A stretch of 49,899 bases of DNA, taken from the IMG/VR virus record IMGVR_UViG_3300047159_000064. One strand, 5' to 3'. Under the pieces are notes generated by a model, which worked only from the letters and a program-made list of their open reading frames with translations, had not been told where the DNA came from and did not search any database. Position numbers and translations under genes: made by a program. The DNA comes from a virus. Taxonomy: Duplodnaviria > Heunggongvirae > Uroviricota > Caudoviricetes. This document shows positions 9,171 to 19,990 of this stretch, in pieces. Each line of letters opens with the position of its first letter. Position 1 is the first letter of the stretch.

Positions 9171-11034
9171 TGACAACAACCCCCAAATCCTTTAGCAGAT
9201 CGCCTTTTCCGACGGAAGTGCCCAAAATCCTGTTGAATTCGTCCAAGTCGGACGGATATTCTATCTGAAGCACGTTTCTCGTGTCTTTGTTGACCAGGAA
9301 ATAATACAGCTGATCCGTCTGCATCTCTCCCAAACCCTTGAAATGGGTAACGTTTTTAGCGCCGGCGGGAATTTTCTTGACGTCGTTGCTCCAGCCGTAG
9401 TCTTTCGCGGAAGTGCCCCAGCACCACAGCGGCGGAAGAGAGACGTAGACCCTGCCTTGCTTCACCATGTCCGGGAACATGTTTATGAACACGGCGAGCA
9501 CCAAGCAGTTTATCTGCAGGCCGTCGGGATCGGCGTCGGCCGAGATGATGACCCTTTCGTATCTCGATTTCGCGGCGTCGCACTGAGATCCTATGCCGCA
9601 GCCGATGGAATTGGCTATGTCGCAGATCTCCTTGTTCTTGACGACCTCTTTGAGGTCTTTGTACGTCGTATTGAGGATCTTGCCTCTTATCGGCAGCACC
9701 GCCTGCGTCTTTTTGTCGCGAACGTAAAGATACGGGCCCATGGCCGAATCGCCTTCGACGATGAACAGCTCGGTATCCGCGCGCTTCTTAGACGTGCACT
9801 CCACGAGCTTGCTGACGATAGAGCGGCGGCGGATGTTGTCCTCCGAATCGCCGTTGACCTGGATCAGGCTGCTTATCTCTTTGCGGGAAAGAAGCGCGTC
9901 CTGCGAGACGCGGTATTCTTCGAATCGCTTGACGAGCTGCTGAGCGACGAGGACGTTGGCCTCTAGATATTTGCCGAACGCCTTCGCGAAAGCGTCCATC
10001 AGATCTGAGAAATAGCCTTTGGCGACGACGAGCTTCTCTTTCGTCTGAGAAGAGAACTCGGGGTGCGAGATGAACACAGCGCACACGGCGCGGAGCCCCA
10101 CGAGATAATCGGACGGCCTCAGATCGACGGATGGGCGAAGGTTCTTGTGCTTGTCCAAAAACGCCATCCAAGAATCCGACAGGCACTTCGACAGCGCCTG
10201 GACGTGCGTGCCGCCGAGATAGTTGGACAGCAGGTTCGTATAACCGAAATAGCGATCGCTTGTGTCAGACGTGTATCTGACAGCGACTTTCATGCGCTCT
10301 TTGGCGTCGTTCTCGACGTCGAACGCCGGCATATCGACGTAAGACACTATCTTATTGTCGTCTTCGTTTATGAGATCGAACATGCCGTTCTTGACGCTAG
10401 TGTCTATCTCGGATCCGTCGACGATCAGCCTGGCTTTGAAGCCCAGCGCAGAAGCGACGCGGCAGCGATCTTCCATGAACGAAAGCGGTATGACCGCCGT
10501 TTTGAACATCGTCTTGTCAGGCACGAAAGAAACCTCCGTGCCGTCTTTGTCGTCCGTCTTGCCTCTCGTCAGATCGACGTTGGTGCTGTGATGGGCGACG
10601 ACCATGACGTACTTGCCTTTGCGGTTCGACGTTATCCGGATCTCGTCCGACAGCGCATTGGTTATCGTCAGGCCGAGGCCGTTGAGCCCGGAAGAATAGT
10701 TGTAGGCGCCGTTGTCGAACTTGCCGCCTGAGTTGGCTTTCGTAAGCAAAACCTCTAGGACCTCTTTCTTCTCGCCGTCGTCGAGCGTCTTAAGCCCGTG
10801 CGGGATGCCTCTGCCCCAATCCCTGACCGTGTATCTGTTCTCTTTTGTGTCTACCGTGATGAGAAGCTCAGGGCTGTAGCCGGCCTGGACTTCGTCGATG
10901 GCGTTGTCGAAGATCTCCGAAAGCAGCTGACGAGGATCCGCCGCGTCGCCTACGTACATCCCCTTGCGGAGACGCATATGCTCTATGTCAGACAGAACCT
11001 GAATGTTGTCTGCCGTGTATTTTCTTTCCGCCAT
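9163..11034 (-). CDS. Type IIA topoisomerase subunit B (GyrB/ParE-like)
   Basis: GHKL EIFDNAIDE, D.GRGIP, SGGKF; TOPRIM VEGDSA, P.RGKILN, DADPDG, KGLGEM. Confidence 0.93.
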   Translation of the reverse strand: MAERKYTADNIQVLSDIEHMRLRKGMYVGDAADPRQLLSEIFDNAIDEVQAGYSPELLITVDTKENRYTVRDWGRGIPHGLKTLDDGEKKEVLEVLLTKANSGGKFDNGAYNYSSGLNGLGLTITNALSDEIRITSNRKGKYVMVVAHHSTNVDLTRGKTDDKDGTEVSFVPDKTMFKTAVIPLSFMEDRCRVASALGFKARLIVDGSEIDTSVKNGMFDLINEDDNKIVSYVDMPAFDVENDAKERMKVAVRYTSDTSDRYFGYTNLLSNYLGGTHVQALSKCLSDSWMAFLDKHKNLRPSVDLRPSDYLVGLRAVCAVFISHPEFSSQTKEKLVVAKGYFSDLMDAFAKAFGKYLEANVLVAQQLVKRFEEYRVSQDALLSRKEISSLIQVNGDSEDNIRRRSIVSKLVECTSKKRADTELFIVEGDSAMGPYLYVRDKKTQAVLPIRGKILNTTYKDLKEVVKNKEICDIANSIGCGIGSQCDAAKSRYERVIISADADPDGLQINCLVLAVFINMFPDMVKQGRVYVSLPPLWCWGTSAKDYGWSNDVKKIPAGAKNVTHFKGLGEMQTDQLYYFLVNKDTRNVLQIEYPSDLDEFNRILGTSVGKGDLLKDLGVVVNA

Positions 11035-11207
11035 TATCTCTTATCCTCGCTATCGTTATTATACGTCTTCTTTTTGGCGTACTCCGCCAGAATGACCCTG
11101 ATCATAGACGACAGCGTCCTGTCGTTCTCTGAAGCTATCCTGGCTATGCTGCCAAGCAGCTCTTCGCCTATTTTCAGGCTTATAGTCTTTTCGCGCTTGT
11201 CTTCCAT
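11034..11207 (-). CDS. Ribbon-helix-helix (CopG/Arc-like) DNA-binding protein, 57 aa
   Basis: MEDKREKTISLKIGEELLGSIARIASENDRTLSSMIRVILAEY; GAGGA RBS; stop overlaps topo B start (TAATG); below ORF-track cutoff. Confidence 0.75.
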   Translation of the reverse strand: MEDKREKTISLKIGEELLGSIARIASENDRTLSSMIRVILAEYAKKKTYNNDSEDKR

Positions 11208-11297
11208 TTTCAATCCTCGCTTTATTAAAATAAAGCATAAATAAAGCTTTATTTATATTATTATTTAATACTTTATAATATATTATTATACAATAAT

Positions 11298-11321
11298 AAA
11301 AAAGCAAAGCTTACGCTTTGC
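11298..11321 (-). terminator. Intrinsic terminator
   Basis: GCAAAGC-GTAA-GCTTTGC followed by TTTTTT. Confidence 0.75.
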
Positions 11322-11344
11322 CAGATCTCATCTACACGACTGCC

Positions 11345-11794
11345 TTATTCGCAGATGCTCAGTATCAGATCTTTCGTTATGAAATCGTCAAGCCAGATCA
11401 CTCTGGCGCCGTCTTTCTCTTCCTGAGCGTATTCCTTCATGTCGTCGTCGTACCATTTAGAGCAGCACTCCAAAGCCTTGGCGTCTTTGGGGAGGCCGGT
11501 GTGATCGGCTCTGTGCTTCAGATGCGCTATCCAGGTCTCTTTGAGCTCTGGCTTCGGCACCAGCAGCGCGTACTCGCCTGGCGCGGCTTTCTTCAGATAC
11601 GCCCTCAGCGCCCTGTGCAGGCTGACGAAAACTATCTTGCCCTGCCTGCTCAGCTTTATGGCCTCGTCGCCGTAGGCTTTGCACCAATCAGGATCCGTCC
11701 TGTCGCGCTTGTTGCAGTCAAGCTCCATGAACAAAGACGGATCCTCTTTGCAGATCCTAGATTTTCCGATGCACGGATATCCGCATAAAATCAT
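11345..11794 (-). CDS. Small P-loop kinase-like protein
   Basis: N-terminal Walker A GYPCIGKS. Confidence 0.7.
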   Translation of the reverse strand: MILCGYPCIGKSRICKEDPSLFMELDCNKRDRTDPDWCKAYGDEAIKLSRQGKIVFVSLHRALRAYLKKAAPGEYALLVPKPELKETWIAHLKHRADHTGLPKDAKALECCSKWYDDDMKEYAQEEKDGARVIWLDDFITKDLILSICE

Positions 11795-11820
11795 TTTGTG
11801 AATCGCCTTTCGTTTCTAAA

Positions 11821-11829
11821 TAATTTAGC
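11821..11829 (-). promoter_or_regulatory. GCTAAATTA putative late-promoter motif
   Basis: Exact copies at 11821, 21128, 29355, 32421, 33652, 34892, 35512, 45955, 47020, all intergenic and upstream of gene starts. Confidence 0.65.
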
Positions 11830-12018
11830 TTAGTAGCTCCATGATATATTCGTTCTTTTGAAATGCCCAGGAGCCAATGAAGGATATTCTAGTATAACGA
11901 CCGCGCTAGTATTGCCTGACCCCCGCATGACTTGGTAGACTTTCTGCCCTGCCGTCCCGTCTCTGTTGACGAGTATGATAGGCTCCGTCATTATGGGGAA
12001 TTTTATCGCTTCGCTCAT
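11830..12018 (-). CDS. Small protein resembling the N-terminus of the upstream gene
   Basis: IKFPIMT vs IDFPFMT; AAGGAAG RBS. Confidence 0.55.
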   Translation of the reverse strand: MSEAIKFPIMTEPIILVNRDGTAGQKVYQVMRGSGNTSAVVILEYPSLAPGHFKRTNISWSY

Positions 12019-12037
12019 ACTTGCTTCCTTCTTTTAA

Positions 12038-12810
12038 TTAAAATGTTATGCTCGTCGTTCGATACGCCCCAGGCGCGTTGGCCGTCTCTATCGATATCTG
12101 CACTGGCGACGCCAGACTGTAATTCTTACCGCCGTTGTCTACCGTATCGGCCAAGCCGTCTTCATAGGTCATAGACCCTTTGGCGGCTATCTGCCCAATA
12201 TAAGTTCCAGCGGCGTCTCCGTAGCCTTTTATCCAGCATTTGGCCGCAGACAAATTAGGATTGCTTATCGTATACGTATGGCTGGTGAACGTCGACGAAT
12301 ACGCCGTGTCTTCGAACGACGATGTCGCCATTGTCGCCGTCGGTGCGCTGATGCCGTCAACAACCTTAGCGGTCAACGATCTCACCAGTACTTCCATTTC
12401 GTCCCCAGGACCGCCAATAGCAGCGCTATAATATTTTATTTCAAGCCGGTAGCCGGTATCGTAGCCATTGGCTGAGACGATGAACAAATCGTCATGCTGC
12501 CCCAAGCCTGTTTTCGTATAACTGAACGACGGCGCTATCTTGCTGGCAGAATAATAGCCATCAAATAGCACTGTGCATCCCAAGCCCGTCAATGTTACGG
12601 TCAGATCTATGTAGTAGGTCGTCGCGCCTGATAACGAAGAAGTGGATGATCTGCCTTTCGCTGTCGCGGTGGCTGAAATGAACGGCTTTGTCACTCATAG
12701 ACATGCCCCCCCCCGTTCTTCACGACGTATATCGATCCGCCTTGGACGGATCCTCTCGTCGGCACAGTCCCGCTCGTCATGAACGGGAAATCTATCTTTA
12801 TGCCCATCAT
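12038..12810 (-). CDS. Ser/Thr-rich tail/adhesin-like protein, frameshifted at a G9 tract, one TGA(Trp)
   Basis: GGAGG RBS and ATG 12810; G9 at 12706-12714; G10 or G7 restores the frame into ORF 12038..12694 through TGA 12695. Confidence 0.65.
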
Positions 12811-12918
12811 CAAAACCTCCGTTAGAACGACACAGACGCCCTTTCGTATCTGCCAGGCACCGTTTCGTTTCCGGCGCCGTCTCTCGTTATCCGCAGAGAC
12901 GTGACGTCGCAGAAATGC

Positions 12919-13647
12919 TTAACCGACATCGCTCGCCCCTTTCGCGGCTCTGTCGACGCCTTCGGCGAACTCGTCTTTGAAAGCCCTTCAGTCTATGCCG
13001 TTTTCCTTCATATGATAATATACGATTTCGATCTCGGATCTGGCTCTCTTCGCGTCTTCGTCGGAAAGGCCCTTCCACTGCAGCTTGACCCTGCTCAGGA
13101 AAGCCTGATCCTTAGGCGCCAGGCCTAGGTCTTCGGCCAGGCCGCACAGGCGGTAGACGTTCTTGTTCCATCCGCCGATAGGCAGCGAGCCGTCTGACAC
13201 TGATTTTATCCAATCGCCGCATCTCTCGATCATGACCGACATGCCGGCCTTTGACACGAGGTCTTTGACCGACAGGCAGTATTCTCACACGCCCTCGTAT
13301 TTAGGATTGACCCAGATAGGGGAATCCGCCTTGAGATTGCGCCAGTTTATCGTGTTGAAATAGCCCATCATGTAAGTCTCGCCGAACTTGCAGCTCAGCG
13401 GATGGACGTACAGATCGACGTGCGTGTGAATAGGCCCGTCGTCGTACATGTACTTAGACGTGATGTCGCAGTCGAATGATCTCAGCGTCCAGTAGTCTAT
13501 GTCGTAGTCCGGCGTCTTGCCTTCCGACGGGCTTTGGTATCCGCCTAAGGCCGATCCGCCGAGCAGCGCGAAGCACGCGTCCGGATAATCTGACAGCACG
13601 CCTGCGTGGAATTCCGATCCCAGCCATGATTTAACGATGCTATCCAT
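12919..13647 (-). CDS. Nucleotidyltransferase-like protein, 242 aa, two TGA(Trp)
   Basis: LLGGS...DYDID; ORFs 13285..13647 and 12988..13257 are in frame via TGA 13285 and 12988; ends TAA. Confidence 0.7.
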
Positions 13648-13855
13648 CGCTCTTCGCGCTTTCTTCGATCATGACGAGATCGACGTCTGGGAACACGATC
13701 TTGGAGCAGGCCATAAGCTCGCCGCTCTCGTCTACGTGCTCGAGATGGCCGACGAGCTTCGTGCCGTAGTCCTCTTTGGTCTTCTTGTCGACGAAATGGC
13801 AGTTGGTCGAGCAGTATTTGAACAGCATTTTCTCGTTCGTAACCTTACGCCACAT
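13640..13855 (-). CDS. Hypothetical protein
   Basis: 71 aa; overlaps both neighbours. Confidence 0.6.
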   Translation of the reverse strand: MWRKVTNEKMLFKYCSTNCHFVDKKTKEDYGTKLVGHLEHVDESGELMACSKIVFPDVDLVMIEESAKSDG

Positions 13856-14591
13856 AATGCCAATGCGAGCTCCCCTGCGACACGAGCGCCATGCTGCCTG
13901 TACTAACGTTTAGCTCAACCGTAAGCGCGCCATTGGCGGCCACGTCGCCTATATGAGATCAAATCCCGCTGCCGTCATCAGGCTTCGCCCATACATAGCA
14001 GCCATAATAGCTGCTGTTGCTGATCGTTCAATTATAGCCGTCTATCTCAGCCGTGGTATCTTCGCCTATCCACACGGCCTGCGTCGTAAAGCTGCCTGAC
14101 ACCCTGTATTTCTTGACGCTGCTCGTCGTCACGCTCGTCGTGCTGTAATTCGAATAGACGGCGGTAGTCTGATAATACTCGTTGCTGCCTAAATCGTAAT
14201 TTGTCCCGCCGACTCACGTCGTGTAGAAATCATGCGCGTAAGTTCCGACGAGCGCAGCTCTCGCCGCAGTGACGCCAGAACCTTCTCCAGTCGCCAGGCA
14301 GACGCCGGCGGATCCGTTGGCCGACAGGTAGGCCGACAGGTAGCTAGATCCTCCGCTGCTGTAGTACGAAACGTAGACCCCTTTTCCGTTGGGATTGCTG
14401 TATGTCGTATACAGCTCGGCAAGAAACGGCGAGCCAGGCGGTTGCGACTGCGAAATATACGAGCTGTTGCTCGGCACGCCAGACTTCAGCAGGATCCCGT
14501 AGTAATCTGTTCCGTGCTTGAAAGCGTACACGTCGCCGTAATTCGCGCGCGACGCGCTCGTGAAATCCAAGGATATGCACCTGTAGCTCAT
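13845..14591 (-). CDS. Ser/Tyr-rich tail/adhesin-like protein, 248 aa, three TGA(Trp)
   Basis: TGA at 14214, 14028, 13959; readthrough fills the gap to the next gene; C-terminus resembles the 12038 protein. Confidence 0.75.
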
Positions 14592-14606
14592 TTTCAGAGA
14601 ACCTCG

Positions 14607-16540
14607 CTAGTAGTTTATCGTGAGGACGCCGTTGCTGTAAGCGAACAATTTGGCTGCCAATGCCGTGATCCAGGCCGTGTTATTATAAGTGTATGTCGCT
14701 AATGTGTCAGGCGTGATAGCAGTTATGTCTTTTGCAACAGAAATTGTATGGCCGCTAGCTGTCATTGAGCTGACAACATTGCCACTGCCAGAGGGGCTGA
14801 TTGAGATATTTGGGATAGAATATGAAGACGAAATAGTGAATCTGCCACCAGAATAAGCAATAGACACGTTAGAGCCAGCCGCTAATATAGCGGTGGTAGA
14901 AGAATCATGCAATCCGGTTGACACCGCGCAGCGCCATTGGAAGCCACATAATCAATCGGCCTCCAAGTATCTGTATTAGGATTAGAAGGCATAGTTAAAG
15001 TAGTCGTTCCGACTGCTGTGATATGACCTTGCGCATCATAAGTGATAGATGGGATTTTGAATGTTCCACTCCATCCCAAAGTCCTTGCGGATCCGCCTTC
15101 TGAGATTGTGCCTGCGGTGATAGAATTAGAATGCCCTATAGTAATAGAGCCTGCAGCAGGAGTAAGAGTGATGCCAGTGCCATTGACAAAATTAAGAGAA
15201 TTAGAATCAGACGATGTGACACTAATGCCAGTGCCATTGCTAGTGATAGTATGATTATAGTCATGAGTAACATAGCCCGGATTAGTCCACTTAAGATAAA
15301 TTGTCCCACTACTAGTAATAGGGCTGCCAGAGTCAACAGAAAGTCCAGTAGAGCCACTAGCAATACCTATTGCAACAGATGTTACAGTGCCTGTGTTAGT
15401 TGTGTACCCAGGATTAGCGAAGCCAATCTTATAAGGATCTGCTGCTGTTCCAGTACCTGATAATGTAATCGGAGACGAAACCGAAACTTTTCCATTGATC
15501 GTCGTTACAGTAGATGCGTTTCCAGTTAGCGCGCCAATAAACGCAGGAGCAGCGACATTTGCTGGAAATGTAACATTCAACGAATTATCCCAAGAATAAG
15601 CATGATCGGTTGATACTAAATTATTTGGAGAAGACCATAAATTAGCACCGTATGCCGCAATTCCATAAATTCCTTGATCAGCAGTTGTATATGAAGTAGA
15701 AAGAGAACTATCAACATAGCGATTGCTTCCTGACTGACTAGTGCATGTTCTTAGAGTTATTCTATAATTCCACATGTTGCTAGTCCGATCAGTTCCGCCG
15801 CCTATTTCTCTTTCATAATTCAATCTTATTTGATTCATTCCTGACCAACCTGCCATTCCATTAGTAAGCTGATTAGTGTTATTTGGAATAGCAATGCTTA
15901 GAGCTGAAGATCCATTGAAAGATCCGGTTGAATAGCCTGTGAATGTCAAAGCATTCGGCACTTTCAGCACATTAAGCAAACTTGCGCTTGTTCCGGCGCC
16001 GGATAAGGTAGCATCATGAGAAACAGCTGTTAATATAGCAGGTTTGCTAATAATATCGTTTCACGCCAAAGACGCGAACGTCTTGGCGACGACCCAGACG
16101 CCAGTGTATTCCACCTGGGCGCCGTTGACGTCCACTTTCTGCTTAGCCGACGCGTTGTACGTCAGAATGACGGTGTCGTTGACCGAATAGTGAGTCTGGT
16201 TTATGTTGACGAACGTTATCGCGCTTGTCGTACCTCCGGCCTGCTCCGCGACAGGATGCTCGCCGAGCGAGTTTATGTTGAGCGTCGTGCCTCTGGTGTA
16301 ATCGCATGCGACGTCTATCCTGTAGGCGATCGTGAAGCCGTCGGCGAACATGTCGCTGGTTATGAGGTTGGCCGTCGTCGAATTGTAGGTGTATTGGCTT
16401 GTTCCTCTTCATTGCGCCCTCTGCGTCGTGCCGCTCGTGACGGCGGCCACCGAGTTAGAGCCGGCCACGAAGAAAACGCCGGCGGCGTCTACCGCCGCGT
16501 CTATCTGCGAGCCTGTGTGCCTAGATTTGAAATTTGCCAT
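14607..16540 (-). CDS. Tail fibre protein, two TGA(Trp) and a 1-nt frameshift near 14925
   Basis: MANFKSRHTGSQIDAAV start; TGA 16409 and 16061 (LAW*NDIISKP); YDAQGHIT fibre motif; joins three ORF-track fragments. Confidence 0.72.
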
Positions 16541-16552
16541 GATGCTCCTTTT

Positions 16553-17029
16553 TTAAATCGACTTGTCCGATATGACCTCTACGCCGTCCGCGTCGGAAGA
16601 CGCGAACACGTCGTCCGTCACGGTCAGCATGAGATAAGTTACGTCCCATACGTGATTGAGCGCGCTTTGGGCGTACAGGCAGATTCTGTATTTGCCTGGG
16701 CCGTGCGCGAACGTCGAAGAATTGACCGGCAGCGAGAACGAGAACGGCTGATTGCCGGTTATCGTGTTCCACGAATAGGCCAGCTCGCCAACCCCGACGT
16801 CGTAGCTGTCGTCAGTCGCCAGAGTCACTCTCGCCTCATAATAGCTAAGCGATACGTTAGGCGTGAAAGTTATCGATATCTGATTGTACGGCGAGACGAA
16901 CGAAACCGTCCCTCCGTTGTCGGCTCCTATGGCGACGCTGACGTCTGTCTGAGCCGTCGCCGTGCTCATCTTCTTTATGGAGATGGACGAATAGCTGAGA
17001 ACCGGTTTTTCGTGCGATTGATGCGCCAT
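16553..17029 (-). CDS. Beta-rich structural protein
   Basis: 158 aa; AAGGAGG RBS. Confidence 0.7.
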   Translation of the reverse strand: MAHQSHEKPVLSYSSISIKKMSTATAQTDVSVAIGADNGGTVSFVSPYNQISITFTPNVSLSYYEARVTLATDDSYDVGVGELAYSWNTITGNQPFSFSLPVNSSTFAHGPGKYRICLYAQSALNHVWDVTYLMLTVTDDVFASSDADGVEVISDKSI

Positions 17030-17127
17030 CCGTATCCTCCTTGCCTTAGCGCCGATCGGATCGAATCCGACCGCCTGATTATTATACTGCCTTAGCCGGA
17101 TAAACCGGCTAAGGCCTGCTTAATGCT

Positions 17128-19965
17128 CTACTGAACCGTTCTGGTTCCGTCGTCTGCGACCAGCGTGGTGCTGAACGCGCTAGACCATTGCTCGGCTTCG
17201 TCTTGGACGTACACGACGACGTAGTGGGCGCCGTCGACGTTCGTCGAATCGGATCCGCCCAAAGCAGTTCTGTAGTCTTCTCCGCAAAGGGCGATGCTGA
17301 CCGCCGCATTGGCGTCGTAGGACACGCCTGTTGCCGACAGAAGCGACGACAGAAACGATCCGCTGACCTGATAGCTTTGCGCTATAGGCGTAGCCGTTGC
17401 TGGATCCGCGGCCTTCGCGGCGACTTCCGTCGTATATGCGCAGATCTTGTAGCCGATTATCTTCTCGTTCGGCGTGAACGAGAACGTCGTCACGTCGCAG
17501 TAGTCTCCTGTCTTGTCCGTTATGCTCGAGCCGGTGCCTTGCTTCCTCAGCACGTGCTGGCAGCTTACGCGATAGTTCGTCACGCCGCTGATGTTGACGA
17601 GAGGCAGAGTCGTGTCGAGCACGACGATGCTGTATATCTCAGTGCTGACGTGGCCGACGTTATCGCGCACCTTAAGGTAGATGTGCTTCTCTCCGTCGCC
17701 AGTCGTCAGGAAGTAATTCGAGCTCGCCGGGACGATGACGCCGGCGTTGGACGCGGCCAAGCCTGAGAAAGCGGTCCATGAGGCCGCAGTCTCGCTTATG
17801 CCTGACACTTGCCCTGCCGAGGTGTTGAAATCGCCGTAGAGCTTGTAGCTCGTGCCGCCGAGCGGATCGTCAGAAGTGTAGCCTACTTTGGCTTTGAATC
17901 CGTCGTACGCGACGTTATGTGGCAAAGGCGTCGTTCCGTCCGCTCTGTAAAGGCTGAGCGTGGCGGCCGGCGTTGTTCTATCAAGCTCGATGACCGCGCT
18001 TTGGTATATCGTTGAAAGGTTGCCTGCATTGTCCTTGAATTGGACGCTGACGCGCTTGGATCCGTCTGAGCCGCTGAGCGTGACGCTGAGCGTCGCAGGC
18101 GTCGAAGTGACGTTCTGCCAGCTCGTGTTCGTCGCAGTAGAATCGACGTCGCCGGAGATCTGGAACTGCGATACGCCAGATCCGTCTGAGTTGGTGTCGG
18201 AATAAGTTATCGTCGCGTGTATCGACACGGTGTTCGTGGCCGAATCGCTCGATACGCCGGTTCCCGCCGCGTTGACGACGGTTCCGGCTAGAACTATGGT
18301 TCCTGTAGGGTTGTTTCTGTCGCAGCCGAACTGACGGTGCGCGTAGCCCTTGTTGCCTACTTTGTCCACGACGCAGACGTGCATGTAGTTGCTCGCCGTA
18401 TCGGCCAAGCCTGTCCAGTTGACGCCTGTGCTCGGTATCACCTGGCTGCTGCTCGTGTAAGCGACGGCGGTCGTGCCTGAAGGTATGGTCGTGTCGCTCG
18501 CGACGCTGCTGACCCAGGCGTAAATCGTGTCGGCGCCTGATTCGGATTCTGCGGAAGTCGTGACTGTTATGCTGAATTTAGAGCCTTCCATCGTGGTCTT
18601 GTTGTACCAGACGGCCAGCTCGTTTATGCTCGGCGTAGGCGCCGTTGTGTCCAATCCTACGGTCACGGTGCTTGACGATTGGTTGCCGGCGTTGTCGGTC
18701 AGCGTAAGGACGACGGCTTTGTCGCCGCTCGTGCCGGCGGTCCAATCGCTAGGCGTCACGGTCCACGTATGCGGCGAAGCCAGCGTAGTTCCGGAGTCTT
18801 TTACGACCCCGCCTATCGTCAGCGAATAGCTCGCCAATCCTGAAACGGCGGCGTCGAACGTGGCCGATATCGTCGCCGAATTGTGCCCAGACACGCTGGA
18901 AATCCAGCGGCTTGACGTAGAGAACGCCGAAATGACGGGGTTCGTCATATCGACGGTCAGCGTCGTCGGAAGATGCGCGCTTATGACGTCGGATTCGTTC
19001 TCCGCCGAGTCTTTCACCTGGACGTAGACGTTCTTGACGCCGTCCGTCGACGTGAAATTGAGATCAGGCAGCTCGACGAGCGTCGTCCCGGCCGAAATCG
19101 TCGTGTAGTCGGTCGGCTTCGTCGTATGATCGACGATGTCGCCCCAGTATTTGTAGCCTATGACGTCTGAGCCGCCAGTAGCTATGTGCAATTTGAATAT
19201 CGTGTAGTTTATGTAGCTTGGCAGCGCTTCGTGCGTGCTCGTCGTGTTCTTCTCAAGCGTCACGACAGGCGTGGCCTGAGTGGTGTCGAGGGTTATCGAT
19301 TTGCTGGCCGAAGTCGTGTTGCCTGCGGCGTCTTTTACTGTCACGGTGACGGTTCTCGCGCCGTCGGTGCCGCCTTTCTTCGCGCCGTTCGTCAGAACGA
19401 CGTCTCCGGTCCACGCGGAGCTAGACAGATCGGCGTTCGTCAGAGTGACCGCGGTGCAGTTGCCTGTTATCTTTATCTCGACGACGCCTGAAGCCGCGGC
19501 GTAAGTCGCCGAGCCTTTGGTGTCGACGCAGCTCGTCAGAGCGAGCTTTATCGTCTCTTCGTTAGTTATGATCTGGCTGTTTGACGTCCTGTCGTAGATG
19601 GTGAACGAGAAAGTAGGCGCAGTCGAATCGTAGTTCATCAGCGCCGAGTGCGACACGCCAGATTCGTTTCCTACCTCGTCCATCAAGACGAGATGCGCGT
19701 AATACGTCCCTTCTTCGGGGAACGTCACAGAAAGCGACGACGCGTACTGAATCCAGCTCGCGCCTGTGTAGCCTGAGCTCGCCTTCGAATCGGAGTTCGA
19801 ATGAGAGAGCCAGACTTTCATGTATTTCGGATCGCCGGACGCGCCAGTTATGGTCAGCGTCTGCGTCATGCCTTTGAAAATGGCAGGATTCGCGGCGACT
19901 ATCGTGCCAGAAGGCGCGACGGTGTCCAGCGTAAGTCCGAAATTGTTAGTATAAGATGTTGGCAT
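17128..19965 (-). CDS. Ig-like repeat virion protein, ~945 aa
   Basis: Repeated D.TAP and KD.AGN Ig-like motifs; AAGGAG RBS before ATG 19965. Confidence 0.82.
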   Translation of the reverse strand: MPTSYTNNFGLTLDTVAPSGTIVAANPAIFKGMTQTLTITGASGDPKYMKVWLSHSNSDSKASSGYTGASWIQYASSLSVTFPEEGTYYAHLVLMDEVGNESGVSHSALMNYDSTAPTFSFTIYDRTSNSQIITNEETIKLALTSCVDTKGSATYAAASGVVEIKITGNCTAVTLTNADLSSSAWTGDVVLTNGAKKGGTDGARTVTVTVKDAAGNTTSASKSITLDTTQATPVVTLEKNTTSTHEALPSYINYTIFKLHIATGGSDVIGYKYWGDIVDHTTKPTDYTTISAGTTLVELPDLNFTSTDGVKNVYVQVKDSAENESDVISAHLPTTLTVDMTNPVISAFSTSSRWISSVSGHNSATISATFDAAVSGLASYSLTIGGVVKDSGTTLASPHTWTVTPSDWTAGTSGDKAVVLTLTDNAGNQSSSTVTVGLDTTAPTPSINELAVWYNKTTMEGSKFSITVTTSAESESGADTIYAWVSSVASDTTIPSGTTAVAYTSSSQVIPSTGVNWTGLADTASNYMHVCVVDKVGNKGYAHRQFGCDRNNPTGTIVLAGTVVNAAGTGVSSDSATNTVSIHATITYSDTNSDGSGVSQFQISGDVDSTATNTSWQNVTSTPATLSVTLSGSDGSKRVSVQFKDNAGNLSTIYQSAVIELDRTTPAATLSLYRADGTTPLPHNVAYDGFKAKVGYTSDDPLGGTSYKLYGDFNTSAGQVSGISETAASWTAFSGLAASNAGVIVPASSNYFLTTGDGEKHIYLKVRDNVGHVSTEIYSIVVLDTTLPLVNISGVTNYRVSCQHVLRKQGTGSSITDKTGDYCDVTTFSFTPNEKIIGYKICAYTTEVAAKAADPATATPIAQSYQVSGSFLSSLLSATGVSYDANAAVSIALCGEDYRTALGGSDSTNVDGAHYVVVYVQDEAEQWSSAFSTTLVADDGTRTVQ

Positions 19966-19990
19966 ATTTTTTCTCCTTGGCTCATCGCCT

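Noticed and set aside
11059-11307. 82-aa ORF-track ORF across the AT-rich patch
   Set aside because: Low-complexity translation without RBS; the overlapping 57-aa RHH frame is better supported
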